Shown here one piece after another: positions 19,661-30,200 of a DNA stretch of 64,000 nucleotides. A program made the translations under genes and the position numbers. Origin of the DNA: Terriglobia bacterium. GTDB taxonomy: Bacteria > Acidobacteriota > Terriglobia > 2-12-FULL-54-10. The stretch is taken from contig CAXVYR010000004.1 of NCBI GenBank assembly GCA_963666975.2, forward strand, positions 1,760,001 through 1,824,000, read 5' to 3'. Position 1 is the stretch's first letter. Each line of letters starts with the position of its first letter. The notes beneath the pieces are model-generated. The model ran no database searches. It saw only the letters and a program-made list of their open reading frames with translations, and had not been told where the DNA came from.

Positions 19661-20617
19661 ATGAAACTGGTCAGCTACTTCACCTCTGGACGGATCAGGC
19701 TCGGCGCCCTGAGCGGCGATTTTATCGTAGATCTGAACCGCGCGCAGATCAGACTGAAGATGGCGAGCGGCCGGAGCACGGGAAAACTCCTGCCGTCCGA
19801 GATGGTGCCGTGGCTGGAGGAAGGCAAAGTGGCCTTTACCGCTGCCCAGGAAACGCTCGCTTTCGTGGAGCAGCAACTGGAAAGGGGTTCCACCGAATCC
19901 CTGCTGCGCCAGGGTCTTATCGTGCCCGCCTCGTCCGCCGCTCTGGCCGCTCCGGTTCCGCGCCCGCCAAAATTAATCGCCGTGTGGGTGAACTACACAG
20001 AGCACGGCCAGGAAGCTGCTATCGAGGCTCCCAAGAGCGCTCCTCTGTTTTTCACCAAGTTTTCGACAGCGGTCATCGGGCACGGCCAAGCCATCATTCT
20101 GCCCCGGATCAGCCAAAAAGTAGACTACGAAGCGGAGCTTGCGCTGGTCATCGGAACCCGGGGAAAGGACATCCCGGCAGAAAAAGCTTACGAACATGTC
20201 GCCGGTTATACGATCCTGAACGACGTCAGCGCGCGCGATTTTTCTTTGAAGGCATTGATCGGCGTGGTGGGGCCGTCGGACGTGCAAAAGTCGTTTGACA
20301 CTTTCGCCCCCATGGGTCCGTATCTGGTGACCGCAGACGAAGTTCCCGACCCCCATGCGCTGCGCATTCAACTCCGCATCGGGGAGGAGCTATTGCAGGA
20401 TTCAAACACCGGTTGCATGATCCATCGCATCCCCGAAATCATCGCTTACATCTCCGCCATTGCCACCCTGGAGCCCGGAGACGTGATTACAACGGGGACG
20501 CCTCCGGGAGTCGGCTTTACGCGGACTCCGCCGCGATGGCTCCGGCCAGGTGAAACCGTCCGGATCGAGATCGAAAAGATCGGGGTTCTCGAGAATCCGG
20601 TGGCCGCCGAATCATAA
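19661..20617 (+). CDS. fumarylacetoacetate hydrolase family protein
   Basis: DYEAELALVIG, NDVSARD, KSFDTFAPMGP, TGTPPGVG. Confidence 0.92.
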   Translation: MKLVSYFTSGRIRLGALSGDFIVDLNRAQIRLKMASGRSTGKLLPSEMVPWLEEGKVAFTAAQETLAFVEQQLERGSTESLLRQGLIVPASSAALAAPVPRPPKLIAVWVNYTEHGQEAAIEAPKSAPLFFTKFSTAVIGHGQAIILPRISQKVDYEAELALVIGTRGKDIPAEKAYEHVAGYTILNDVSARDFSLKALIGVVGPSDVQKSFDTFAPMGPYLVTADEVPDPHALRIQLRIGEELLQDSNTGCMIHRIPEIIAYISAIATLEPGDVITTGTPPGVGFTRTPPRWLRPGETVRIEIEKIGVLENPVAAES

Positions 20618-20667
20618 GAAAGACGGCTCCTTTCTGTGTGCCAAAAAACCGAAGCGAGGAAAAAACG

Positions 20668-20964
20668 ATGCCGGTTCCCGAAAGAATCGACCCCGGCGGC
20701 AACGTCGTGGGGAAAGGAGATATGCGGGCGCAAAGCCAGCGGGTTTTTGAAAACATCGCGGCCATCCTGCAACAAGCCGGCGGCACGCTGGACAACCTGG
20801 TCCGCATCACCGCTTATCTGACCGACATGAGCCGGTATCCGGAATATAATGAAGTGCGGACAAAGTTTCTGGGCGCCCGCCCGCCGGCAAGCACCACCGT
20901 CCAAATCTCTGGCTTGGCGTTCGAAGGACTTTTGGTGGAAGTGGACGCGGTGGCTTATCTTTAG
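20668..20964 (+). pseudogene. RidA-family protein, apparently with an internal in-frame deletion
   Basis: C-terminal RidA motifs (PPASTTVQISGL, LVEVDAVA) present; N-terminal YS..A / SGQ segment missing; only 98 aa. Confidence 0.6.
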
Positions 20965-20986
20965 TCCGTCTATGAATTATGTATTC

Positions 20987-21121
20987 CGTCAGGGCACGGT
21001 TTTAACCGTGCCGAAACGCTCTCCAGCCAAGTGTGCTTCAGCGCCTGAGGTGAGTCTCAAATTCTACGTATTCCAGCGATTCAACCTCGATCTCAGCAGC
21101 CTGTAAAACCGTGCCCTGACG
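20987..21121. repeat. 135-bp REP/MITE-like element with perfect 18-bp inverted ends
   Basis: CGTCAGGGCACGGTTTTA / TAAAACCGTGCCCTGACG. Confidence 0.8.
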
Positions 21122-21208
21122 AGAGCCTAATATGGGATACACGAACTGTGAAACAGGTCTAGCGCAATGACCTCGCCCTCATTTAGTAATCAGTGAGCAG
21201 GAACCAGG

Positions 21209-22384
21209 ATGGACAAAGCCGGAATATACCTCAGCGTTCCCTTTTGCAGGCAAAAGTGCAGCTATTGCAATTTCGCCTCCGAGGTTCATCCCTTTTCTCA
21301 GTTGCCCCGATACCTGCACGCCTTGCAAACCGAGATCACCGATAGAGCGCGGCTTTGGCCGATGGCCGGCATTGCTTCGCCGGGAGACCTCCCGGTAAAT
21401 ACCGTCTATCTCGGCGGCGGCACGCCGGGGCTCATCGAGCCGGAGGCGCTAGGGAAGCTGCTCGGCACGGTCCGGTCCTGTTTCCCGGCGGACCCGGATA
21501 CAGAGATCACCCTGGAGACCAGCCCGGAAAACGTAACGGCCGCAAACGCCCGCTGCTGGACGTCGAGCGGCGTCAACCGTATCAGTATGGGAGTGCAGTC
21601 GATGGTCGAGCGTGAGTTGCGGGCAGTAGGCCGCCGCCACAGTGCGGAGACGGTTGGCCGGGCATTCTCCGTATTGAAGCAGGAGGGCATCTCCAACATT
21701 TCCGTTGATCTGATCGCTGGACTACCCCATCAAACCGAACAAAGTTGGGAGGCCTCGCTCGAAGCCCTGCTCCGGCTGGAGCCCGGCCATATTTCTGTTT
21801 ACATGCTGGAGGTGGATGACGACAGCCGGCTGGGCAGCGAAATCCTGAAGCACGGCCACCGCTACCGAGCGGCGGAAGTTCCCTCGGAGGAACAGGTGGC
21901 TGCCTTCTACTCCGCGGCGGTGGAGCGTTTACGCGCAGGCGGCTACGAGCATTATGAGGTCTCGAACTTCGCACGGCCGGGAAAAGCATCGCGCCACAAT
22001 GAGAAGTATTGGACCGGCGCGCCGTATTTCGGCTTCGGGGTCGATGCCCACTCCTACGACGGCGAACGCCGCTGGGCCAACACCGATTCTCTGGAGCACT
22101 ACCTGGAGAAGATGGCGCAAGCCCAGCCGCCCATCGTGGACTGGAGGACATTGTCCACACAGGAAAAACTGGAAGAAAGGTTTTTCCTGGGCCTGAGACG
22201 CAGGCAAGGGATTCGGGCATCGCGCCTGAACTCGGATTTTGATGTGGACATCCACCAAAAATACTCGGCGCAGATTCACCAGTTCCGCGAGGCCGGATGG
22301 ATGGAAACCGACGGCGACTGGCTGCGCCTGACCGACCAGGGCTTGCTGTTCTCGAACGAAGTGTTCGCGGGCTTTCTGGCCTGA
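21209..22384 (+). CDS. hemW: radical SAM heme chaperone HemW
   Basis: PFCRQKCSYCNF, GGGTP, RISMGVQS, HYEVSNF, HNEKYW. Confidence 0.88.
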   Translation: MDKAGIYLSVPFCRQKCSYCNFASEVHPFSQLPRYLHALQTEITDRARLWPMAGIASPGDLPVNTVYLGGGTPGLIEPEALGKLLGTVRSCFPADPDTEITLETSPENVTAANARCWTSSGVNRISMGVQSMVERELRAVGRRHSAETVGRAFSVLKQEGISNISVDLIAGLPHQTEQSWEASLEALLRLEPGHISVYMLEVDDDSRLGSEILKHGHRYRAAEVPSEEQVAAFYSAAVERLRAGGYEHYEVSNFARPGKASRHNEKYWTGAPYFGFGVDAHSYDGERRWANTDSLEHYLEKMAQAQPPIVDWRTLSTQEKLEERFFLGLRRRQGIRASRLNSDFDVDIHQKYSAQIHQFREAGWMETDGDWLRLTDQGLLFSNEVFAGFLA

Positions 22385-22429
22385 GAGGAAGCCCCCTGAA
22401 GAACAAGCCGAAGATGCTATACTCTCGTC

Positions 22430-23161
22430 ATGGCAAAGGGGGATTTCAACTTCTACAAAGGTAAGGACCCACGCGAATTACCGACTTATGGGATTGTGGA
22501 GGCATCTCGGTATCTGCGGATACCCGAGGCAACGCTGCGATCCTGGGTTCAGGGCCGCACTTACCAAACTAAAACGGGGCCACGTTTCTTTAAGCCCATT
22601 CTCACCCCCCCCGACAAAAAACATCCTTCTCGGCTCTCCTTCATGAACTTGGTGGAGGCCCACGTTCTCAACGCGGTCCGCCGATGCCACAGGGTTCCCT
22701 TACCTAAGCTTCGAAAAACACTTGAATTCGTTAAGACTGAATTCCCTTCAAAACACCCATTGGGTGACCGTAAATTTGCAACCGTTGGAATAGACCTTTT
22801 CATCCAGAAGCTTGGCCACCTGACGAATATCTCTGAAAGTCGCCAACAGGCCATGCAAAAACTCCTCAAGGCGCATTTACGTCGGATCACGCGAGACCCA
22901 TCCGGTCGTGCTACTAGACTATATCTGCTCACAAGTAACCTCAGACCCAAACCACCATTCGATGCTCCAAAGGCGGTTGTGATTGATCCGTTTGTTTCCT
23001 TTGGGCAGCCTGTTCTTGCAGGGACTGGTATCGCTACGGCTCTAATTGCAGCGAGGTATAAGGCTGGGGAATCGATTGGGGAACTGGCAGACGACTATGC
23101 ACGCCGACCCGCCGATATCGAAGAAGCGATCCGGTGCGAGCTCCAACTCGAAGCTGCCTGA
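22430..23161 (+). CDS. DUF433-domain putative antitoxin (VapB45-like)
   Basis: HTH N-terminus, LSFMNLVEAHVL, VVIDPFVSFGQPV..GTGI. Confidence 0.8.
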   Translation: MAKGDFNFYKGKDPRELPTYGIVEASRYLRIPEATLRSWVQGRTYQTKTGPRFFKPILTPPDKKHPSRLSFMNLVEAHVLNAVRRCHRVPLPKLRKTLEFVKTEFPSKHPLGDRKFATVGIDLFIQKLGHLTNISESRQQAMQKLLKAHLRRITRDPSGRATRLYLLTSNLRPKPPFDAPKAVVIDPFVSFGQPVLAGTGIATALIAARYKAGESIGELADDYARRPADIEEAIRCELQLEAA

Positions 23162-23518
23162 ACCCCTTGTATTTTTCCTGGACCGGTCCATAGGAAAGTT
23201 GAAGGTCGCGGTCGCACTCCGGCAGGCAGGCGCTCAGGTGGCCATTCACGACGATCACTCTGGACAGAAAACCTAAAGGATGAGAACTGGCTCAAGGAAA
23301 CCGGGAAGAAAAGGTGGATTGTTTTGACAAAGGACCAGCGCATCCGGTACCGTCCAAGGGAAAGTAAAACTCTTACGCAAGCGGGAGTGCGCGCGTTTGT
23401 GCTCACAGCCGGAAACATTGACGGCACTGAGATGGCGGAGATATTTGTGAAAGCGCTTCCCAAAATCAGGCGGTTTGCAGTCAAATACTCCCCTCCTTTT
23501 ATTGCTACAGTGTCCTGA
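23136..23518 (+). pseudogene. PIN-like (VapC45-like) toxin, frameshifted
   Basis: FFLDRSIG..HDDH then TAA at 23274; continues in another frame as DENWL..WIVLTKDQRIRYR. Confidence 0.75.
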
Positions 23519-23581
23519 AGCGGGTCCGTGTCGATGCTGGCCATTGCGCGCTGAGCAATTCTCTGAAAACGGAATGCTCCC

Positions 23582-24688
23582 ATGAAAGAACACTCCAACC
23601 CCAAAAGCACCGCCACCCTGGAACAGGAGGGCAGGTCTCAGACAACCGTGGACCTGCGAAGCGACACCGTAACCAAGCCCACACCGGAAATGCGCCGCGC
23701 CATGGCCGAGGCCGAGGTGGGCGATGATGTCTACGGCGAAGACCCCACCGTCAACCGTCTGGAGCAGCGCGCCGCCGGGATGTTCGGGCGGGAGGCGGGG
23801 CTGTTTGTTCCCTCCGGCTCGATGGGGAACCTGGCGGCCATGAGGGTGCACATCCGTCCCGGGCAGGAGATCATCTGCGAGGAGCGGGGTCATGTTTACA
23901 ACTTTGAGATGGCCGCCATGGCCGCTATTGCGGGCGGTTTGGCCCGGCCGGTCCGGGGAAACGACGGGGTCCTGTCCTGGGCTCTGGTGAAAGAAGCCAT
24001 ACGTCCCCAAAGTCCCTTTCGCGCGCAGACTGGCCTCATCGCCTGCGAGAACACGCACAACATAGCGGGGGGCCGCGTGCTCCCTCCGGAATTGGCCGAT
24101 GAAATTTGCGACGAAGCGCACGCCCTGGGGCTGCGCGTTCACCTAGATGGCGCCCGCATCTTCAATGCCGCCGTCGCGCTGGGCCGGCGGGTCGATGAAA
24201 TCACCCGGAAGTTCGACTCGGTGATGTTTTGCGTCTCGAAGGGCCTGGGAGCCCCGGTGGGTTCGCTGCTGCTGGGAAGCCGGGAGTTTATCAACCAAGC
24301 CCGCATCGAACGGAAGGTGCTGGGAGGAGGGATGCGCCAGGCGGGCGTATTAGCCGCAGCGGGGCTGGTGGCGCTGGAAAAATCTCCCGCGCGTTTGCAT
24401 GTCGATCATGAAAACGCCAGGCTGCTGGCCGAAGGGCTGGCCGGGCTTCCCGGCATTCGGCTGGACCCGGCCAAGGTCGAGACCAACATCGTTGTATTCG
24501 ACATCTCCGGCACGGGCATGACGTCAGCGGAAATCTCCGAAAAACTCCGGGCCCAGCAGGTGTACGCGAACGGGGTGAGCCCCGCGGCCATGCGCATGGT
24601 CACCCACTGCGACGTGGACCGGGCCGGTTGCTTGCGGGCCATTGAACTCATGGACCGTATCGTGCGCCGCGTTTCGTCAGCCGGGTAG
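23582..24688 (+). CDS. ltaE: low-specificity L-threonine aldolase
   Basis: [44 protein letters not shown]. Confidence 0.93.
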   Translation: MKEHSNPKSTATLEQEGRSQTTVDLRSDTVTKPTPEMRRAMAEAEVGDDVYGEDPTVNRLEQRAAGMFGREAGLFVPSGSMGNLAAMRVHIRPGQEIICEERGHVYNFEMAAMAAIAGGLARPVRGNDGVLSWALVKEAIRPQSPFRAQTGLIACENTHNIAGGRVLPPELADEICDEAHALGLRVHLDGARIFNAAVALGRRVDEITRKFDSVMFCVSKGLGAPVGSLLLGSREFINQARIERKVLGGGMRQAGVLAAAGLVALEKSPARLHVDHENARLLAEGLAGLPGIRLDPAKVETNIVVFDISGTGMTSAEISEKLRAQQVYANGVSPAAMRMVTHCDVDRAGCLRAIELMDRIVRRVSSAG

Positions 24689-24798
24689 GGCGGTTTCGAC
24701 CAGTTTCTCCTGATGGGAACGCCCCCTGTTCGGGAAATTCGGCGCCAGCAGGCTCAGCGAAGTTGGAACGGAAATTCGGGAGTGGCTCAGGCAATAAA

Positions 24799-26613
24799 CT
24801 ACGGAGACTGCAAGCCGGGGAAAACTTCTTGCTGCACTTGCGGGACGAAGAAGCGGACCAACTCCGGGTCGAACTGGCTTCCAGCACACCGCTCCAGCTC
24901 CCCCACAGCCTCCCCGTGCAGCAGAGCGGAACGATAGGGACGGCGTGAAACCATTGCTACGTAGGCTTCGCAGATCGTCAAGATCCTCGATCCCACGGGT
25001 ATTTCCTTCCCTGACCGCCCCGCGGGATATCCCTTTCCGTTGAAAAATTCATGGTGGCATTGCACCATCTCCGTTACCCGGGCATCGACTCGCGCCGCCT
25101 GTAACAGACGAACTCCCTGCTCCACGTGTTGCCGCAGCGGCAAGTAGCCGCCGGGAAGGAGACGCTCCTGGTCCCGGAGCACCGTTTCCGGGATGCCTGC
25201 ATGTCCCACACCCAGAAGCAAAGCGGCACGACGGATGCGTTTGATCTCCTCCTGGGCGAGACCCGCCTCGCGGGCCAGCTCGGAAGCGTAATGGTGCACT
25301 CGCTGATGGTGCCCGTGATGGAGGAGAATCTCTTCCTCGAGCAGGGTCGTCAACTCCATCAGCGCTTGCTCGGCCACATGGTCCCGGTCCGGCCTATGGT
25401 CCGACTGGCTTTCGGCCTGGACAAGCTGCTCCAATTTGCTTACAGCCTCCTCCATCACCTCCGGGCCGGTGAAACCGGTGTACAAGGTAAAGGGAACACG
25501 GTGCTGCGCGGCGACAGGAACCGCTCCGGGAGGCTGGGACGGCTCGGCACAGGTCACGCAATTTCCGCCGCGCCCTTTGGAAAGATACAAGTTGGAGTCG
25601 GCTGCCCGAAGGATATCCTCCGGCGTAGCACCGTGCCAGGGAAAGGTGGCAATTCCGAAGCTGACCGTAAGATTCCTTTTCTGAAAGGTGGGCTCGCTGG
25701 CAATCCACAAACGCATCCGCTCAGCCAGCGTCTCGGCCTGTTCTGTAGAGGCCTCCGGCATCATGATGATAAATTCGTCACCGCCGTAGCGGGCCGCCAC
25801 GTTGCTTTGCCGCGAGCGGTTCCCCAGCAGCCTTCCCAGCTCGGCCAGCACCCGGTCTCCTTCCAGATGTCCTTCCGTGTCGTTAACGGATTTGAACTTG
25901 TCCACATCCAGAAGTAGAAGGGAAAATTGACGTCCCGTACGCGTGGCGCGTTTCCATTCCGCCTTCAGGACTTGGGAGAAGTAGCGCCGGGTCTTCAGCC
26001 CGGTCAAGCTGTCGGTGATGGCCTGCTCCTGCGTTCGCTGAAAGACGAAAGCGTTTTGTAGAACAACCGCCAGGTAACCGGCTAAGCTGCGGAATGTCTC
26101 TATTTCTTCCTCCGGGAAAACCTTCGGCGGGAGTTTCTCCATGTAGAACGCGCCCAGGTTTTTTTCCCCGTGGACAATAGGAAGGTAAAGCTGGGAACTG
26201 CTGTTTGGCTGTGCGCCCTCGCCGACGGATTCCGGAGGATCATTCTGCTTTTGGCCCTTCTCGCCCGGCTCCTTCCGCAATTCCTGTTTCCAGGGAAGCT
26301 GTTTGCCCGGCATGGGAACGGCAGTTCCGGCTTCTGTTTTCCATTCAATCTCCTCGTGCCGGGGGCCTGCCAGGCCGATCCCTGCGTATTCGCAATCAAA
26401 ATTGCGCCGAATCTCCTGCGCAATTTCTGCCAGCAGCTCTTTTGCGTCCCAGGTAGAGACCGCAAGACGTTGTATCCGGTTCAAGAACCCCAGGTGGCGG
26501 GACCGCAACTGTTCCTGGCGGAGCTTCCGTTGTTTCCGCAGGTATCCGTAGAAGAGCGCGGCTACTGCCAAAGCCAGCAAGTAATAGAGCGGTTCTACGG
26601 AGGATGGAATCAT
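24799..26613 (-). CDS. membrane GAF-GGDEF diguanylate cyclase with degenerate HD-GYP domain
   Basis: TM segment, GAF, RYGGDEF; HHEFFNGKGYP present but HD replaced (LLLGVGH). Confidence 0.85.
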   Translation of the reverse strand: MIPSSVEPLYYLLALAVAALFYGYLRKQRKLRQEQLRSRHLGFLNRIQRLAVSTWDAKELLAEIAQEIRRNFDCEYAGIGLAGPRHEEIEWKTEAGTAVPMPGKQLPWKQELRKEPGEKGQKQNDPPESVGEGAQPNSSSQLYLPIVHGEKNLGAFYMEKLPPKVFPEEEIETFRSLAGYLAVVLQNAFVFQRTQEQAITDSLTGLKTRRYFSQVLKAEWKRATRTGRQFSLLLLDVDKFKSVNDTEGHLEGDRVLAELGRLLGNRSRQSNVAARYGGDEFIIMMPEASTEQAETLAERMRLWIASEPTFQKRNLTVSFGIATFPWHGATPEDILRAADSNLYLSKGRGGNCVTCAEPSQPPGAVPVAAQHRVPFTLYTGFTGPEVMEEAVSKLEQLVQAESQSDHRPDRDHVAEQALMELTTLLEEEILLHHGHHQRVHHYASELAREAGLAQEEIKRIRRAALLLGVGHAGIPETVLRDQERLLPGGYLPLRQHVEQGVRLLQAARVDARVTEMVQCHHEFFNGKGYPAGRSGKEIPVGSRILTICEAYVAMVSRRPYRSALLHGEAVGELERCAGSQFDPELVRFFVPQVQQEVFPGLQSP

Positions 26614-26844
26614 AAGATAGCTACCCAGGACAAACCGGGGCTCCAGCTATTTAACACCACACCTGAAGTTATTCCCTGAAGTTATTCAATGACACATTCG
26701 GAGGGAAGTCAAGGTTTTCAGAGTTCGCCGAGTGTGTCTTATGGGAGATGGCGGGAAATTGTAAAAAGGCTGGAACTCTGCGGAAAAAACATTCTGGGAA
26801 CGGAGCCTTTTGCGCCGCACGGCGCGAAGCTTGCGGCTTCCGGC

Positions 26845-27192
26845 TCAGGGTTCCCTCACGAATTCATACCGTTCAATCGTGGCTGCAATTCCAACACGGT
26901 TGCCCTGCTCGGAGGTCTGATCCACCCGTACGACCTTGCCCATGCACCGGATCCGCACGGAACTGCCCTTGGTGATTTCTCCCGGCAGGGTGAGAATAAA
27001 TTCGAGCGACGTGCCCACTTCCAGGTGAGATTCATATTCAAAATAGACACCGCCGGAGCTGACGTCGCGGGTTTGGACAGCTTCAATATCCGCCCCGCCC
27101 AACTCTTCCACCTTCAGGTTGACGGGCAACGTCATGGGGAAACGCTGCGACCGCCGCTTGTCATTTACACTCATCAATAACCTCTGCGCCAA
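26845..27192 (-). CDS. PilZ domain protein
   Basis: KRRSQRF and DVSSGG motifs. Confidence 0.88.
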   Translation of the reverse strand: MAQRLLMSVNDKRRSQRFPMTLPVNLKVEELGGADIEAVQTRDVSSGGVYFEYESHLEVGTSLEFILTLPGEITKGSSVRIRCMGKVVRVDQTSEQGNRVGIAATIERYEFVREP

Positions 27193-27272
27193 CTAATATG
27201 ATTTTGAGCAACAACCACAGCTAACACAATAGCCTCCTGGTCTCATTTTCCCAATAGTACGAACGTACTAAG

Positions 27273-30200
27273 CTAACCTGGGACTGCATCGCCTTGGCCG
27301 GAGTCCTCGTATGCCGGACAAATGGGCCGAAAATCGCAGTATCGGCAGTGATATGCCGGCAGGGCCGGAAACTTCCCCGCGAGAATATCACGGCTCACTT
27401 GGCGAATTTGCCCCTGGAGATCCCTGAAATCATCCGGCCCCCGTGTAGTCCGGAAACCCTCCTGGGCAGTTAAGGTTAAGCTATGGAGGACCAAGCTGAG
27501 CGGCTTTAAGCCCAGCACTTCCCGGCAAGCCAGCGCATAAAGGGTCAACTGCAAGCTGCGATCCGCTTCTTTTTGCGTTTGCGCCCGGCCCGTTTTGTAC
27601 TCGATCAACTCCGCATCCCCGCCGGCGAGCTGGTTGATCTGGTCAATTCTTCCCAGCAGCTTCGTCTCGCCGCCCTGTTTGACGCCGGCGCCTATATCGA
27701 TGTTGAACTGGAAGCCCTTCTCCTGATGCAAGAGTTGAAACGGATGGCCCTCCAGCGAACGCCGGAGTCCGGCGAGTTGTTCCCGGCCCATGTCCTTATA
27801 TTTGCTTTCCTGGTGCGGATCGGTAAAACCAGCCGAGGACCAGTGCTGGTTGAGGATCGCTTCGACAGTTTCCGGTTGCTGCACTTTTCCACCTGCGTCT
27901 CTACCGGCTTCTTTACTGGCGGCGAGACGGCTGACAAGCTCTCGCACGGCCCGGTGCATGATAGACCCAAACAGCAAGGCGGGAGAAGGGCTCACGGGAA
28001 GGCGGCATACGTAACTGTATTGATACTTTCGCGGACATTGCCGGTAGGTATCGAGGCCGGATGCGCTCATCGTCAGGCTGCCCGCAGGCGGAGCCGCCAT
28101 GGCGCCGGCCCATCTGTCAATCTGCGAAAAGGGCGACCGGCGAATAGTATCTTCTTGCCGGAGAGCCTGCGACACCGGTTCCGGTGACGCCGAGAGCTTC
28201 TTCCATTCTATGTTCGCGACGGCGTCTTCCCGGAGTTCGTCCAGGAAGCGGGAAGGCTGCTGCCGTTTGTTCGACACCGTGCAGAGCGTCAGCGTGCTGC
28301 GCGCGCGGGTGAGCGCCACGTAGAACAGCCGCCGTTCCTCTTCGATATGGAAGTCGCCCTGCGGCAGGGGGCCCTTCAGCAAAGCGTCGGGAAAAGAGAT
28401 GAGCGGGCGGCGATGAGAAGTGGGAAAGGCCCGCCGCAGCAGATGCAGGACAAAAACATTTTCGAACTCCAGACCCTTGGCCCCGTGCACGGTCATCAAC
28501 TGCACCTTGCCCCAGGGCCCGGCGCCGGCTGCTTTGTCCCAAAGAGTTCCCTGGCGGGGCTCCTCCAAGGAGGCCGCGCCCGGCGATGCTGGGCCGTCCT
28601 CATCGGGAAGAGAAATCCTTCCCCCGGCTTCTTCAAAGTAACCGAAGTACTCCAGGAATTCCCCCAGCAGCCCCCCCGTGCTTTTATCTTGATCCCATTG
28701 AATGACGAAATCGGTGAAGGCTCCGAGAGCCGCATCATAACCTTCCTCTTCAAAGCCGAACAAACCCAGCTCCTGCCGCAACGAGGGGAACCAGGAGCGG
28801 AGCCGCTGTTCGCGGGAAAGTTTTTGATACCGGGTGAGGAAGCCGAGCAGTTTCGGTTTGCCCGTCCACTGGCCGCCCCAACCGCTATCCTCGACGACCT
28901 TCCGCAAGCTGCACTTCCGGTCGCTCGCCAGACGGCAACCCTCCCACAGCAGGCTCGCCTTCATCTCCCACTGCGGGCCCGCCAGCACGCGAGCCAGGCT
29001 GACACTGTCCTCCGGGCGGCCAATGGCGCGCAGACAGGCCACCATGTCCCGCACCGGCGGCAGATTATCGATGGCCAATTTGCGAATGGCAAAAGGAACG
29101 CCTCTTCGCCGGAGAGCCTCCACTAACCGGTTCCGGTGGCGATGGGCGCGATAGAGAACTGCAAAATCGGAATAGGCTTTGGCTTCCCCCGCCTGTATCT
29201 GGCGTGCAATTTCTTGCGCCACGAATTCCGACTGCTGGATATCGCCGGGAAACTCCCAGACCTCCACCTTCCGCCCCTGCGGGTTGGAGGTCTCGAGGCG
29301 CTTGCCGGGCTGGTAGCGGTCCTTGGAATTGGGAGCGATGGCGGCGGCGGCCACCTCCAATATTCTTTTTGTCGAGCGGTAGTTCTGGCGCAGGACCACG
29401 CGGGGGTGTCCCGGAAACCGCTGCTCGAATTGATGGAAGCTGGCATAGGAAGCGCCCCGGAAGCGGTAGATCGCTTGGTCGTCATCCCCCACCACGGTCA
29501 GGTTTTTTCTCTCGCCCGCCAGGCGCACCAGCAACTCGATCTGTGCCAGGTTGGTATCCTGAAACTCATCCACCAGAATGAAGCGGTAGCGGCGCTGCAG
29601 ACGCGCCAGCAGTTCGGGAGTGGCATCGAGCAGGACGAGGGTGCGGGAAATCATCGCCCCAAAGCTGAGCAGATGCTCCTGCTCTTCCAGCTCAGCCGAC
29701 CGGCTGAGCATCCGCGCTACCTCGCGTTGCCGGGCGATCTCCTCCTCCGCGCACTCTTTTTGAGGAGGCCCCTGGCGGGAAGAGCGCAGGCAGTCGTCCG
29801 CCACTTTTTCCACGTAGGCAGTGTACTCCTCCGGTGTCACCAAGTTGTCGTGGCAGCGGGAGCAGAAGTCGACCAGGTCTCCCAGAAAGCGGCCAGGCTC
29901 GGAGACCTTGAGATAGGTATCGAGATCCAGGCTTTCCAGATGGCGGCGAAGAAAGATCCAATGGTCGATTCGGTCGAGCGCCTTGCCGGGAGATTCCTCC
30001 AAGAGCAACTCGTAGCAGAAGGCATGAAAGGTGGAGAAGCGGCAGCCGAGCGCGCTCTCTCCGAAGCGCTCCCCGGCGCGCTGCCGTATCTCCTCAGCCG
30101 CTTTATTGCCGAAGGTGATGGCCAGGATGTTTTCGGGTTGCAGCCCCGGCACCGTGCGCAATAGATAACCGACACGCTCCACAATCACGCGCGTCTTGCC

